From Chitinophagaceae bacterium (GTDB taxonomy: Bacteria; Bacteroidota; Bacteroidia; Chitinophagales; UBA10324): a stretch of 64,000 nucleotides of DNA. Location: contig CANJII010000017.1 in NCBI GenBank assembly GCA_947474435.1, positions 2,580 to 66,579 of the forward strand, written 5' to 3'. Positions 9,920 to 19,958 of this stretch are shown here, one piece after another. The translations under genes and the position numbers were made by a program. The number at the start of each line of letters is the position of its first letter. Within the stretch, counting starts at the first letter, position 1. The notes under the pieces are model-generated. The model had not been told where the DNA came from and did no database searches. It saw only the letters and a program-made list of their open reading frames with translations.

Positions 9920-10624
9920 TTATTCACTAATGATCTTTTCTAATTCCGAAATCTTTTCATTTACAAGATTCAAAGCAAATTCCAATTGTTGTTCTTCGCT
10001 AAGATAGGTATTGTCTAATTCAATTGCATCGCCGGCTTTGAATAAAGGGCTCGCTACTCTATGGCTGTCTTCATAATCGCGCGATTCAAGGTTGTGAATT
10101 ACTTCTTCCAAAGTTGCATCAATTCCTTTTTTATGCAATTCAATAAATCTTCTTTCTGCTCTGATGGTTTCATTTGAAGTCAGAAATATTTTTAATTCTG
10201 CATGCGGAAAAACCACTGTTCCGATATCTCTTCCATCCATTGTTAATCCTTTGTGAATTCCCATTTGTTGTTGTTGCGCCACCAGAAATTCACGCACTTC
10301 TTTTATTGCACTCACCGGGCTTACTTCTGCAGAAATTTTCATGGAGCGTATTTCCTTTTCTACAATTTTGCCATTCAATAAAGTTTCCGGCATTTCGTTT
10401 TTTTCATTGTGTTGAAAACTGATATTGATATTTTTTAACGCGCTTAGCATTTGTCCTTTGTTTCGATAGTCAATTCCATTTTCCAAAAAATATAAGGTAA
10501 CCGCTCTATACATTGCCCCAGAGTCAACATAAATATACCCGAGTTTTGATGCCAACTGCCGTGCAAGTGTACTTTTTCCGCAAGAAGCATGGCCATCAAT
10601 TGCAATAATAATTTTCTGTTTCAT
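9920..10624 (-). CDS. cmk: cytidylate kinase
   Basis: IIIAIDGHASCGKSTLARQLASKLGYIYVDSGAMYRAVT (P-loop plus the cmk signature). The track start at 10633 is TTG, so I trimmed to the ATG at 10624 (MKQKIIIAIDG). Confidence 0.9.
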   Translation of the reverse strand: MKQKIIIAIDGHASCGKSTLARQLASKLGYIYVDSGAMYRAVTLYFLENGIDYRNKGQMLSALKNINISFQHNEKNEMPETLLNGKIVEKEIRSMKISAEVSPVSAIKEVREFLVAQQQQMGIHKGLTMDGRDIGTVVFPHAELKIFLTSNETIRAERRFIELHKKGIDATLEEVIHNLESRDYEDSHRVASPLFKAGDAIELDNTYLSEEQQLEFALNLVNEKISELEKIISE

Positions 10625-10742
10625 GGACCGCAAAACAAGCTAAAAGTAGGCATAGAACTAAATGTTTTCTGCTTATAAAATGAAAGTTTGCATTACTGCT
10701 TTGGTCGGCTATTTTCGGGGCTTCCAAAATCAAAACTCCATA

Positions 10743-13700
10743 ATGAAAAAAATCATTACAGTTGTTGTAATTTTTTTTGCAACAATTAATTCGCACGCAA
10801 AAGAAATTACAGGTGCAGCCGCTAACCAATTAATAAGTGGTACCAGTAAAATTAGTACGAACGATAAAACCGGTTTTCCTTCTTTTATTTATTTAAGCCC
10901 GGGTAAAGAAATTGAAATTCAATATTTCGAAAGATGGATTCGCAGTTCATTTAAAACTTCGAATGATTTCGGATTAAAAGAATTGCAGACTTCAGTTGAC
11001 AAACAGAATGTATCGCACATTCATTATCAGCAAACCTGGAATGGTGTGCCTGTTACGAATACAATGTGGATAGCACATGTAAAGAATGGGAAAGTGTTTG
11101 CCTGCAATGGTTGGTTTGTTCCCCAAATTGATGCGATTACTGATGTTACTTTAAATGAATCAACTGCCCTGAATTTTGCCATTGCAAATACAAATGCAAA
11201 AACATATCGCTGGCAAAGTCCGGTTTATCAGAATATGTCATTGGAGCAAAAGCAAAATATTTCGTCGGCACAAAATCCGAAAGGAGAACTTTTTTTTGCA
11301 TCAGTAAACGGCGACGATAAAAATTTTCGTTTGTGTTACCGTTTTGATGTGTATGCAATTATTCCACTGAGCCGCAATTATGTTTTTGTTGATGCGAATA
11401 CAGGAGTTATAGTTAACAAAATAAACCGCATAGAACATGTTGATGCAACGGGAACTGCTGTTACCGGTTATGTAGGAACACAAACAATTATCACGGATAG
11501 TTTTGCCGGAGGTTATCGTTTACGCGAAGCAAGTCGTGGTGATGGAGTTGAAACATATAATATGGAAACCGGACTTGATTATGCTTTAGCTGTTGATTTT
11601 ACTGATTCAGATAACATGTGGAATAATGTGAATGCAAATCTGGATCAATACGCAGGCGATGCTCACTTTGGTGCTGAAATGACTTATGATTATTACTGGC
11701 TTAATCATAATAGAAACAGTATTGATGATTTGGGAATGAAACTTATTAGTTATGTTCATTATGATGTTGGTTATTACAATGCATTTTGGGATGGACAGGA
11801 AATGACTTATGGTGATGGTAATGGAGGTCCGCTAACAGCATTGGATGTTTGTGGCCATGAAATTTCTCATGGAGTAACAGAGAATACATGTGGTTTAAAT
11901 TATCAGGATGAACCAGGTGGATTGAATGAAGGATATAGTGATTGCATTGGTACTGCGGTTGAATTTTATGCAGGAGGAGCAACTGCTGATTGGTTAATCG
12001 GTGAAGATTTTGGAACACCATTTCGCAGCATGAGCAATCCGCATTTATATGGCCAGCCTGATACATATTTGGGGCCTGACTGGGTTGCTGCAGGTGGACC
12101 GGATAACGGAGGTGTGCATACCAACAGTGGCGTATTAAATTATTGGTTTTATTTAATGTCAGTTGGTGGCAATGGCACAAATGACAATGGCGATGCTTAC
12201 AATATTGCAGGATTAACAATGGCCGATGCTGCCGATATTTTATACAAAGCCTGGACAGATTATATGTTTGCAAATGCACAGTATGCCGATGCGCGGCAAT
12301 CAACTTTAAATGCAGCTACCGATATTTTCGGCCCTTGCTCTCCTGAAGTTGAAATGGTTGCTGATGCCTGGTTTGCTGTTGGTGTTGGAAATGTTTTTGA
12401 TCCAACAGTGGTGGCGGATTTCAGTATTGATGTGAACACTGCATGTATAACACCTGCTGTATTTAACTTTCAGAATTTAAGTGCAAATGGCGGATCATAT
12501 ACTTGGTACTTTGGTGATGGTACTACTTCAAATCTTATCTCACCATCACATACTTATAATTCTTATGGAACTTATGATGTGAAGCTGGTTGTGAATGGTG
12601 GAATTTGCGGAATGGATTCAATCACTTATACTTCATTAATAAATGTTGATTCAACATTGATTTGCATTTATAATATGCCTGTGAATAACAATGCAACTTT
12701 AATCAGTTGTGATGGATTACTTTACGATAATGGCGGACCGTCAGGAAATTATACTGATAATCATGAAGACACAATTACCATTGCACCAACAAATGCAACA
12801 GGAGTCACCTTAACTTTTACTTCGTTCAACTATGAAAATAATTATGACTACTTGTACATTTATGATGGTCCGTCAACAGCAAGTCCGTTAATAGGTCAAT
12901 ATGATAATACTGCCTTGCCAAATGGAGGAACTATTATATCAACCGGAAATGCGTTAACCTTGGTCAGTACTTCAGATGGAGGCGTAACTGCTTCGGGCTT
13001 TGCAGCAAGCTGGATATGCGAAACCGCAATACCTAATGTGGATTTTATAACAACAGAAACAATCAGCTGCGATGGAACAATTGATTTTACTGATTTAACA
13101 ACTCAATCACCAACCACATGGGATTGGGATTTTGGTGACGGTGGAAGTTCAACTCAACAGAATCCAACTCACACTTATACAGCCAGCGGAACTTTTACAG
13201 TTACGCTTATTGCTGACAATGCAATAGGATCAGGCACTGAAATAAAAACTTCTTACATAACAATTAACCTTCCATCGCCACCATTAACAACTGATGATTC
13301 AAATTGCAACCCGACTTCATTTGTTTTAAACGCTACAGCACAAGGTGGAGGAACTTTAAATTGGTACGACGCGCCAACCGGCGGCAATCTTGTTAATACT
13401 GGTGCTGCTTTTACAACACCTGTTTTAAATAACACCACAATTTATTATGTAGAGGAAGAAGTTCAATCAATACCGGTATTTGCTGGTCCGGTTGATAACA
13501 GTTTTGGTGCAGGAAATAATTATAATAACAATACTGACCGTTACCAGATATTCGATGCGCTATCACCTTTTAAAATAATTTCATGCGATGTGGTTTCAAG
13601 TCAGGCCGGTAACCGAACTTTTGAATTGCAGGATGGTGCTGGAAATATTTTGCACGATACAATTATTAATGTTCCTTCAGGAAATCAAACCGTAACATTA

Positions 13701-14411
13701 AACTGGAATATTGCAATCGGAACAAATTATCAATTAGGAGTCTTAGGCCCTGCAAATTTTTATCGCAACAGCGATGGCGCAAACTACCCGTACACCATTC
13801 CTGGAGTTATTTCCATAACTGGAAATACAGCCAATGATCCGGTGCGCTGGTATTTCTTATACAACTGGCAAATTGAACAACCCGGTTGCACAAGCGCAAG
13901 GGTGCCGTTAACCGCTACAATTGAATTAGGTGCTGCATCATTTACCTATACCAATAGTATTGCTAATTATGATTTCACATCCACCACAACCGGAATTTCT
14001 TACAACTGGAATTTTGGCGATGGAACTACAGGAACCGGACAAACTGCAAATCATATTTATAATACAAATGGAAATTTCACAGTTACACTGATTGTATGTA
14101 ACAGCAATTGCTGCGACACTACCACACAAACATTAGATGTTTCGGTTGGTATCAATAATATAATCAATGCTGATGGTTGGATTGTTTTCCCAAATCCTAC
14201 AATGAATAATTTTAATTTGAGCTATTCAGGCTCGCAACAAATTGAATCGCTTTCGTTGTTTAATACTTTAGGTGAAATTGTCTGGACATCAATTTCTTCA
14301 GGCAAAAATCAATGGGTAATAAATGCGGAGGTTTTGTCGTCAGGTATTTATTTCTTATCAGTAAAATCTTCTTCCGGAATTAAAAATTTTAAACTGGAAA
14401 AACTGAATTAA
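10743..14411 (+). CDS. secreted multidomain thermolysin-like (M4) metalloprotease with PKD and CUB-like domains and a T9SS type-A C-terminal domain
   Basis: Signal peptide MKKIITVVVIFFATINSHA. M4 motifs are HEISHGVTE and GLNEGYSDCIG. Three PKD-like modules (WYFGDGTTS.., WDWDFGDGGSS.., WNFGDGTTG..). CUB-like module (DYLYIYDGPS). C-terminal FPNPTMNNFNL...GIYFLSVKSSSG..KLEKLN. Start trimmed from 10662 to the ATG at 10743. Confidence 0.9.
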   Translation: MKKIITVVVIFFATINSHAKEITGAAANQLISGTSKISTNDKTGFPSFIYLSPGKEIEIQYFERWIRSSFKTSNDFGLKELQTSVDKQNVSHIHYQQTWNGVPVTNTMWIAHVKNGKVFACNGWFVPQIDAITDVTLNESTALNFAIANTNAKTYRWQSPVYQNMSLEQKQNISSAQNPKGELFFASVNGDDKNFRLCYRFDVYAIIPLSRNYVFVDANTGVIVNKINRIEHVDATGTAVTGYVGTQTIITDSFAGGYRLREASRGDGVETYNMETGLDYALAVDFTDSDNMWNNVNANLDQYAGDAHFGAEMTYDYYWLNHNRNSIDDLGMKLISYVHYDVGYYNAFWDGQEMTYGDGNGGPLTALDVCGHEISHGVTENTCGLNYQDEPGGLNEGYSDCIGTAVEFYAGGATADWLIGEDFGTPFRSMSNPHLYGQPDTYLGPDWVAAGGPDNGGVHTNSGVLNYWFYLMSVGGNGTNDNGDAYNIAGLTMADAADILYKAWTDYMFANAQYADARQSTLNAATDIFGPCSPEVEMVADAWFAVGVGNVFDPTVVADFSIDVNTACITPAVFNFQNLSANGGSYTWYFGDGTTSNLISPSHTYNSYGTYDVKLVVNGGICGMDSITYTSLINVDSTLICIYNMPVNNNATLISCDGLLYDNGGPSGNYTDNHEDTITIAPTNATGVTLTFTSFNYENNYDYLYIYDGPSTASPLIGQYDNTALPNGGTIISTGNALTLVSTSDGGVTASGFAASWICETAIPNVDFITTETISCDGTIDFTDLTTQSPTTWDWDFGDGGSSTQQNPTHTYTASGTFTVTLIADNAIGSGTEIKTSYITINLPSPPLTTDDSNCNPTSFVLNATAQGGGTLNWYDAPTGGNLVNTGAAFTTPVLNNTTIYYVEEEVQSIPVFAGPVDNSFGAGNNYNNNTDRYQIFDALSPFKIISCDVVSSQAGNRTFELQDGAGNILHDTIINVPSGNQTVTLNWNIAIGTNYQLGVLGPANFYRNSDGANYPYTIPGVISITGNTANDPVRWYFLYNWQIEQPGCTSARVPLTATIELGAASFTYTNSIANYDFTSTTTGISYNWNFGDGTTGTGQTANHIYNTNGNFTVTLIVCNSNCCDTTTQTLDVSVGINNIINADGWIVFPNPTMNNFNLSYSGSQQIESLSLFNTLGEIVWTSISSGKNQWVINAEVLSSGIYFLSVKSSSGIKNFKLEKLN
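11856..11870 (+). other. HExxH zinc-binding active-site motif of the M4 protease
   Basis: The codons cat gaa att tct cat encode HEISH. The third-ligand motif NEGYSD lies about 20 codons downstream. Confidence 0.85.
12707..13020 (+). other. CUB-like domain inside the M4 protease
   Basis: CDGLLYDNGGPSGNYTDNHEDTITIAPTNATGVTLTFTSFNYENNYDYLYIYDGPSTASPLIGQYD...LTLVSTSDGGVTASGFAASWIC. This shows the Cys bracket, the aromatic/Asn core and the DYL.IYDG signature of CUB domains. Confidence 0.6.
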
Positions 14412-14436
14412 TAACAAGAGAAAATATTTTTCAAAA

Positions 14437-14469
14437 GCCATTGTAAATAAAATTTACTATGGCTTTTTT
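14437..14469 (+). terminator. rho-independent terminator after the M4 protease gene
   Basis: GCCATTGTAAAT-aaa-ATTTACTATGGC (12-bp stem with one mismatch) followed by TTTTTT. Confidence 0.7.
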
Positions 14470-14701
14470 ATTAAATGAAAATGGAAAACGGTAAATGAAT
14501 TTACCCCATTTGGGCTCTTCAATTGATATGAATCATTTTTAAATCCATTTAAGCATTTTATTTTTACAATCATTAATGCAAAAAATAAATCAACAACCGA
14601 TAGTAATTTTTTTACTAACAATTTGAAATATTTCGCAATCACTCAGTTTTTTTTGTCTAAAATCGTAGCTTCAATTTTAAACTAAATAAATAAACACACA
14701 C

Positions 14702-17080
14702 ATGTCTCTGAAAAGAGTTTTTCTGCTACTTGCTTTTGCAAGCGTTTCTTTCCAAATGAAAGCACAGGAAATAGATCCGATGAGTTACAGCAACGATGCC
14801 ATTGTTGAGCAATTGCTGGGAGGAATGAATGCAGTGCGATGGAAGTCAGGCGTTGACAGCATGATTACTAACGACATATTAACCAAATCGGCAATGGACC
14901 TGGCTGAACGATATGCAACAGCAAAAAAAATAACGATTGAAGAAGGATTTGCCGGCGACCTGAATAAAAAATACAAAGGCACTACCAAAGTAAAAGAAGT
15001 ATCTGTTGATATTCCGGGCGGAAAAGCAAAGGTTATGTACACATATACTCAGGTGGCAGCCGATGCGGTTGATAAAATGGCTAAGGGAAAAAAGTTTGAA
15101 GACATTCTTAAAAATCCAAAATACTATTACTGCGGTATCGGAAGTTTTTACAATGAAGAAAATAAAAAAGTGTACATCTCAGTAGTGTTTGGAGGTGTTG
15201 ATGCATTTAATAACGGAGTAAAATTCCGTAAGACTTTACCAATTCCTTATAGCAAAAGCCGCAGAGGCTTATATGTTTTTGATGAAAAGACATGCAAGAC
15301 CTGTGAGAAGTTTCCTGACATTGATGAGTTGTTAAAATCAGTTCGTGTTGAAGACGGAAAAGTTTACCTCGAATATCCCAACTTTAAAAAGTTTAAAAAA
15401 TATTTCCGCAATGCGAAAGATGGAATTGCCATTGATTTTGTTTTGAAAGAATCATATCCGTGTGCGAACGAAAATATTACCGACCACAATCTTTCATCAA
15501 AAGGATACATGCTTAAGCCGATGTACCAGGCTAAATTGTTTAAAATAAATGAGAACAATAAACTCGATCCGAAAAACAATACTTACAAAGGAGCCATTGC
15601 AAAAATTCCATCTAAGTATGTAAACACATTGAACACTGTTCCATACGAAATGAATATTATTTACATAGTGGATAAGGTGGCCTGCAAAACAATTACACGA
15701 AGTTACCTGGAAGATGGCGGAGCTGAAGGATTGATACCGCTCACTGTTTATCCCGATACGCTTACCATGTTGGATCCGAAAAGGTACCAGCCGAAAAGCG
15801 AAAATCAGGAATTGGAATTCATCATTTATTTTGAACAGGGAAAAGCAACTTACGATACAAAGGACATTGAAGGATTCTTAAAAGCACTGAATCAACCCGA
15901 TTTTATTGTGAGCGATATTACCATTGATGCACACTCTTCGTTAGAAGGAGATTCTTTATTGAATGCGAAGTTGCAGCAGTCACGCGCAAAAAGTATAGTG
16001 GATGCTTTAGGAAAATACCAGAAGAAAGAAGTGACTTATGTTATTACCACCAGCGACTCATGGGACATGTTTAAAGATTCAGTAAAAAAATCTGAATTTA
16101 AAAATTTGGCTGCCATGACCAAAGAAGAAGTAAAAGGATTATTGAAAGGCGAAATGCTTACTAAGTTAGAACCTGTATTATCTAAAGAAAGATTTGCTGC
16201 CATTACCATGAAAGTAACTTTTGATCTGAAAGGAAAGAACGAGCAGAAATATGTTTACAACAGTTATAAAAAAGCACTGGATAAAAAAGATGTTGAACAG
16301 GCAAAAAGAATTTCAAGATACATAGTGGAAAAAATTGTGGAAGGCAAGTATGATGCACAACCATTTCTGGATGTTGAATTAAAACAGGAACCGCCTTATG
16401 CCAATCTGAACATAAATAAAATGTATATTGATGCACGAGTGAATCACGAAGATTCTATTCACGCTGCATTGGTTACAAAACTTGAAGAGATGAATAAAAC
16501 AATGTCGGGTAATGATTATGTAAGCTGGAACAAAACCATGAGTTATGTAAAAACCGGAACCATTGTAAACAATAAGGAAATTACCACCACACAGGCAACC
16601 ATAAATGGTTTGTACAATGGCATGATAACTCAGAAAATGAACGATGCGTTAAATCTTGAATGGCAATTTAAAGTAATTGAAAAGGTAGATACACTTGATG
16701 CCGGAGTTTTAAATCCAACATTGCAGGCAAGCATGGATCGGATAAAAAAGATTTTTAATCTTGAAGAATCTAACTGGCAGAACTCATTAAAGCTGGCTTA
16801 CATTTTTATCAAGCACGATGATCTTGCTTACTCATTAAAATTGTTAGCACCATATGTAACCGACGAAAATCCTGATGAGCAATTGCTCTTTACATACATT
16901 AGTGTTGCTGCGCATTTTCCTGATCAGATATTTTCACGCAACTTCCGTTTAGCCATGTCGAGGGCAGCATCGAAAAACAAAACCCGTTACTGCGAATTGT
17001 TCGGATCGCCAAAACTTAGTTTCCAGATAATGGATAATCCATTAATCAAAAAACAATATTGCGAAACTTGTGGTCAGTAG
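14702..17080 (+). CDS. secreted hypothetical protein with an SCP/CAP-like N-terminal domain, a degenerate OmpA-like module and a helical C-terminal region
   Basis: Signal peptide MSLKRVFLLLAFASVSFQMKAQ. The N-terminal ~170 aa resemble CAP/SCP proteins (LLGGMNAVRW...LTKSAMDLAERYA...YYYCGIGSF...VYISVVFGG). The mid region IYFEQGKATYDTKDIEGFLKAL...ITIDAHSSLEGDSLLNAKLQQSRAKSIVDAL fits the OmpA C-terminal pattern. Confidence 0.6.
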   Translation: MSLKRVFLLLAFASVSFQMKAQEIDPMSYSNDAIVEQLLGGMNAVRWKSGVDSMITNDILTKSAMDLAERYATAKKITIEEGFAGDLNKKYKGTTKVKEVSVDIPGGKAKVMYTYTQVAADAVDKMAKGKKFEDILKNPKYYYCGIGSFYNEENKKVYISVVFGGVDAFNNGVKFRKTLPIPYSKSRRGLYVFDEKTCKTCEKFPDIDELLKSVRVEDGKVYLEYPNFKKFKKYFRNAKDGIAIDFVLKESYPCANENITDHNLSSKGYMLKPMYQAKLFKINENNKLDPKNNTYKGAIAKIPSKYVNTLNTVPYEMNIIYIVDKVACKTITRSYLEDGGAEGLIPLTVYPDTLTMLDPKRYQPKSENQELEFIIYFEQGKATYDTKDIEGFLKALNQPDFIVSDITIDAHSSLEGDSLLNAKLQQSRAKSIVDALGKYQKKEVTYVITTSDSWDMFKDSVKKSEFKNLAAMTKEEVKGLLKGEMLTKLEPVLSKERFAAITMKVTFDLKGKNEQKYVYNSYKKALDKKDVEQAKRISRYIVEKIVEGKYDAQPFLDVELKQEPPYANLNINKMYIDARVNHEDSIHAALVTKLEEMNKTMSGNDYVSWNKTMSYVKTGTIVNNKEITTTQATINGLYNGMITQKMNDALNLEWQFKVIEKVDTLDAGVLNPTLQASMDRIKKIFNLEESNWQNSLKLAYIFIKHDDLAYSLKLLAPYVTDENPDEQLLFTYISVAAHFPDQIFSRNFRLAMSRAASKNKTRYCELFGSPKLSFQIMDNPLIKKQYCETCGQ

Positions 17081-17140
17081 GAAGTAAGCAATACTACTAT
17101 TTCTGATAAAAAATAAAATCAGTAAATTAAAAAATTAAAA

Positions 17141-17174
17141 TCCCTTTTGCAGAAATGCAGAAGGGATTTTTTTT
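17141..17174 (+). terminator. rho-independent terminator
   Basis: TCCCTTTTGCA-gaaa-TGCAGAAGGGA (11 bp including one G-U pair) followed by TTTTTTTT. Confidence 0.7.
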
Positions 17175-17399
17175 AGTGATGTCTTGTCCTGAGAAAAGTT
17201 GATTCAAAAAAAGTCGATACAGATAAGCAATGAGGAATTGAGTAAATGAGTTTTTTGTTTTTAAAATTTTACTAAAGTTGTGAAGATTCGAAATATATAT
17301 TTATTCACACCTATGATTTTAATCAGAAATTATTTTTAACCTAAAATTGAAATTTGTAAAAAATTTATTTAACTTTCACTAATCAAAATTCATAAACCC

Positions 17400-17780
17400 A
17401 TGATAACATTAGATTCAATTCACACACACCATGAATACAAAACATGGTTAAACAAATTGGAATTTTTTAAAGACGAATTAAAAATTTTTAAAAACAGATT
17501 ATCAGAAGTCGCGACAAAAAATTCAAATCACGATGTGTTGGCGATGGTTGAACATTTTCAAAATCAGATTATCATTCAACAAAACGAAATGGATACACTG
17601 CGCCATAACATTAAGCAGTATGAAAACAAATTAGAATCGAGTATAAAAGAAAACATTACCGCAGCTGATCATAATCCTGATCCTGAATTCGGAGAACACA
17701 AAGCTGCCATCGACCGGTTTGAATATTTGTTTAACGAACTACGCGATGATTGTTTAAAGTTTTTCTCGAAAGTTTTGTAG
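17400..17780 (+). CDS. hypothetical coiled-coil protein
   Basis: 126-aa ORF with an ATG start and heptad-like charged composition. Has its own terminator. No family recognised. Confidence 0.45.
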   Translation: MITLDSIHTHHEYKTWLNKLEFFKDELKIFKNRLSEVATKNSNHDVLAMVEHFQNQIIIQQNEMDTLRHNIKQYENKLESSIKENITAADHNPDPEFGEHKAAIDRFEYLFNELRDDCLKFFSKVL

Positions 17781-17805
17781 TAAAACCAAACCAAAACCAA
17801 CAGAA

Positions 17806-17840
17806 GGGAGTTTCAGATTTTTCTGAAGCTCCTTTTTTTT
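17806..17840 (+). terminator. rho-independent terminator that abuts the stop of the convergent HhH gene
   Basis: GGGAGTTTCAGA-tttt-TCTGAAGCTCC(T) followed by TTTTTTTT. Confidence 0.65.
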
Positions 17841-18105
17841 AATCTTTCCAGTACCACCAATCCAGTTTTTTCTTATCGTGTTTTTTTGTTGTGGCATAAT
17901 ACACTGCGCAACGAAAAACATAAAGCAGGCAACGATCGTGTTGCGCACCGGTGAGTGTAGTCATCTGATCATACAACTGTTGTGGATTTTTATTTTTCAA
18001 ATCGCTTACACTTCTTATTCCGAGTAAGTAAAAATCACCGGCAATTGATTTTCCAACTCCGGGAATTAGTTGCAATGATTTTAAAATTTCTCTTTCAGAA
18101 TTCAA
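17839..18105 (-). CDS. helix-hairpin-helix domain protein (Cdd1 / pathogenicity-locus-like)
   Basis: LQLIPGVGKSIAGDFYLLGIRSVSDLKNKNPQQLY...DRCLLYVFRCAVYYA matches my recollection of the small HhH Cdd1 family. The only start option is TTG at 18105. Confidence 0.55.
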   Translation of the reverse strand: MNSEREILKSLQLIPGVGKSIAGDFYLLGIRSVSDLKNKNPQQLYDQMTTLTGAQHDRCLLYVFRCAVYYATTKKHDKKKLDWWYWKD

Positions 18106-18120
18106 TTTCTGAATTATAAA

Positions 18121-19746
18121 CTACTTGTTAAAATTTATAACTGTTCCGATATTTCCATTCGGTTCCTGAATGTTCAACAGATACGAAAGGGTAGGAGCAA
18201 TGTCGGTAATGTGATTGAGTGTTCCGGTTTCTCCGGTTTTTATTTTCCATCCATACCACAATAACGGAACATGAGTGTCGTAAGAAAAAATTGCTCCGTG
18301 TGTGGTTCCTTTCATTCTGCCGCCAAACCAGTATGGATCGTACAGAATCATTATATCGCCGCTGCGTTTTGGCAAATAACTGTTGTTCAAAATTGATTTT
18401 AAATGATCAGGCATTGTTGTCGCATTCAAATCTTCAATAACAAATGAATTGTAATATCCTTTTTGTCTGTTTAACAAGGGCTGAATCCAATTCAATACAC
18501 CTTCAATTGAAATGTTTTTATGATAGAGAATAGAATGATCCAGGTAGAGTTGTTGATTATCATAAGAAAGAATAATTCCTGTATCGCCAAAAGTGTTGTT
18601 CAATATTATCTTCATTGAATCGAGTAACGCAATTTCATTTATTACTCCAGCCGGAATTCGATAATCGTTTGCCAGTCCGGGAATTGGCGCCACACCATGA
18701 TCAGCAGTTAAAAACAGGAGGTAATTATTTTTTCCAATCCATGTATCTAAGAACGAAAAAAATTCAGCAAGGTCTTTATCCAATCTTAAATAAGTATCTT
18801 CCGATTCAATGGAGTTTGGTCCGAATAAATGACCAACATAGTCGGTTGCAGAAAAACTGACAGAGAGGAAATCGGTTGCAATTCCTTTTCCTAATTTTTC
18901 ATTTTTAATGGAATTAATTGCAAAATCTTTTAACATCGAGTTTCCAAAAGGAGTATACTTAACCAAATCATATTTCACCCAGGTAGAATCAGAAAGATGA
19001 TGTGGAAAAATTGGTTTTGTATCAGATGGCAATGATGATTCATATTGAATACTGTCCTTTGTGCTTTCAGTATATTGTTCAATGGGCAGCAGTGTATTCC
19101 ATTCCTGAGATAAATATTTTTTTGGTTGTTGCTCAGCATTAATATCACTCACCCATTTTGGTAAAGTGCTCATGTAAAATGAACTGGTAATCCAGTTCCC
19201 TGTTAATCCATCTAACCAGTAGGCGGCGTTACCAGTGTGACCTGTGGGAAGAATTGCTCCTCTGTCTTTCAGTGAAATTCCAATCACTTTCGATTGAAAA
19301 TTAGTGGATAATCGTAGTTGGTCAGTAATGGTAGTTGTGAGCATTCGTTGTGGCGACATGTTGCCCGATAAATTATCGGCACCAACGGTTTTATAATTTG
19401 CATCACTTGTTACATATACTGTTGAATTTGTTTCTCGTTCATACCAATCATTAGAAATAATTCCATTAATGGCAGGAACACTTCCTGTATAAATAGAGGC
19501 ATGCCCTGGTCCAGTATAGGTTGGAATGTAATTGAATTGGGTGTTTTTACAATTGTAACCCTGAGTTATTAATCTTTTAAAACCACCATCACCATACTTT
19601 GAATAGAAACGATATAAAAAATCATAGCGCATTTGATCAACCACAATTCCAACAATTAATTTCGGTTTATCAGGAATTGAAGATTGTTGGGCAGTAAGAT
19701 TCAGAGCAGAAGAAAAGAAAAGCAGAATTAAAAAGTTTTTGGCCAC
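18121..19746 (-). CDS. alkaline phosphatase / nucleotide pyrophosphatase family protein (PafA-like)
   Basis: Signal peptide, VDQMRYD, PTYTGPGHASIYTG (nucleophile Thr region), TADHG, and a ~540-aa size typical of Bacteroidota PafA. The start codon is GTG (19746). Confidence 0.8.
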   Translation of the reverse strand: MAKNFLILLFFSSALNLTAQQSSIPDKPKLIVGIVVDQMRYDFLYRFYSKYGDGGFKRLITQGYNCKNTQFNYIPTYTGPGHASIYTGSVPAINGIISNDWYERETNSTVYVTSDANYKTVGADNLSGNMSPQRMLTTTITDQLRLSTNFQSKVIGISLKDRGAILPTGHTGNAAYWLDGLTGNWITSSFYMSTLPKWVSDINAEQQPKKYLSQEWNTLLPIEQYTESTKDSIQYESSLPSDTKPIFPHHLSDSTWVKYDLVKYTPFGNSMLKDFAINSIKNEKLGKGIATDFLSVSFSATDYVGHLFGPNSIESEDTYLRLDKDLAEFFSFLDTWIGKNNYLLFLTADHGVAPIPGLANDYRIPAGVINEIALLDSMKIILNNTFGDTGIILSYDNQQLYLDHSILYHKNISIEGVLNWIQPLLNRQKGYYNSFVIEDLNATTMPDHLKSILNNSYLPKRSGDIMILYDPYWFGGRMKGTTHGAIFSYDTHVPLLWYGWKIKTGETGTLNHITDIAPTLSYLLNIQEPNGNIGTVINFNK

Positions 19747-19958
19747 GATAAATAAATTTTGTGCAAGATAGCCACTTGAATTAATTGCAGTAATTTATCG
19801 GAACATTTAACCTTAATTCACCAATGAAAATTTGAAATTCTGTTTCAAAGAATATCCACAGTTTTTAGTGCGAAGGTGTCAAATTATATTTTTAACCGTA
19901 AGGCTACATTGCAACGCAGGATTTTTTTTATCAAAAGAGTTTTAACGAATAATTAATA

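Noticed and set aside
9900-9932. CATTATT heptamer repeated about 3.5 times at the 3' end of cmk.
   Set aside because: It is a short AT-rich slippage-type repeat overlapping the stop region. No further structure or function can be supported.
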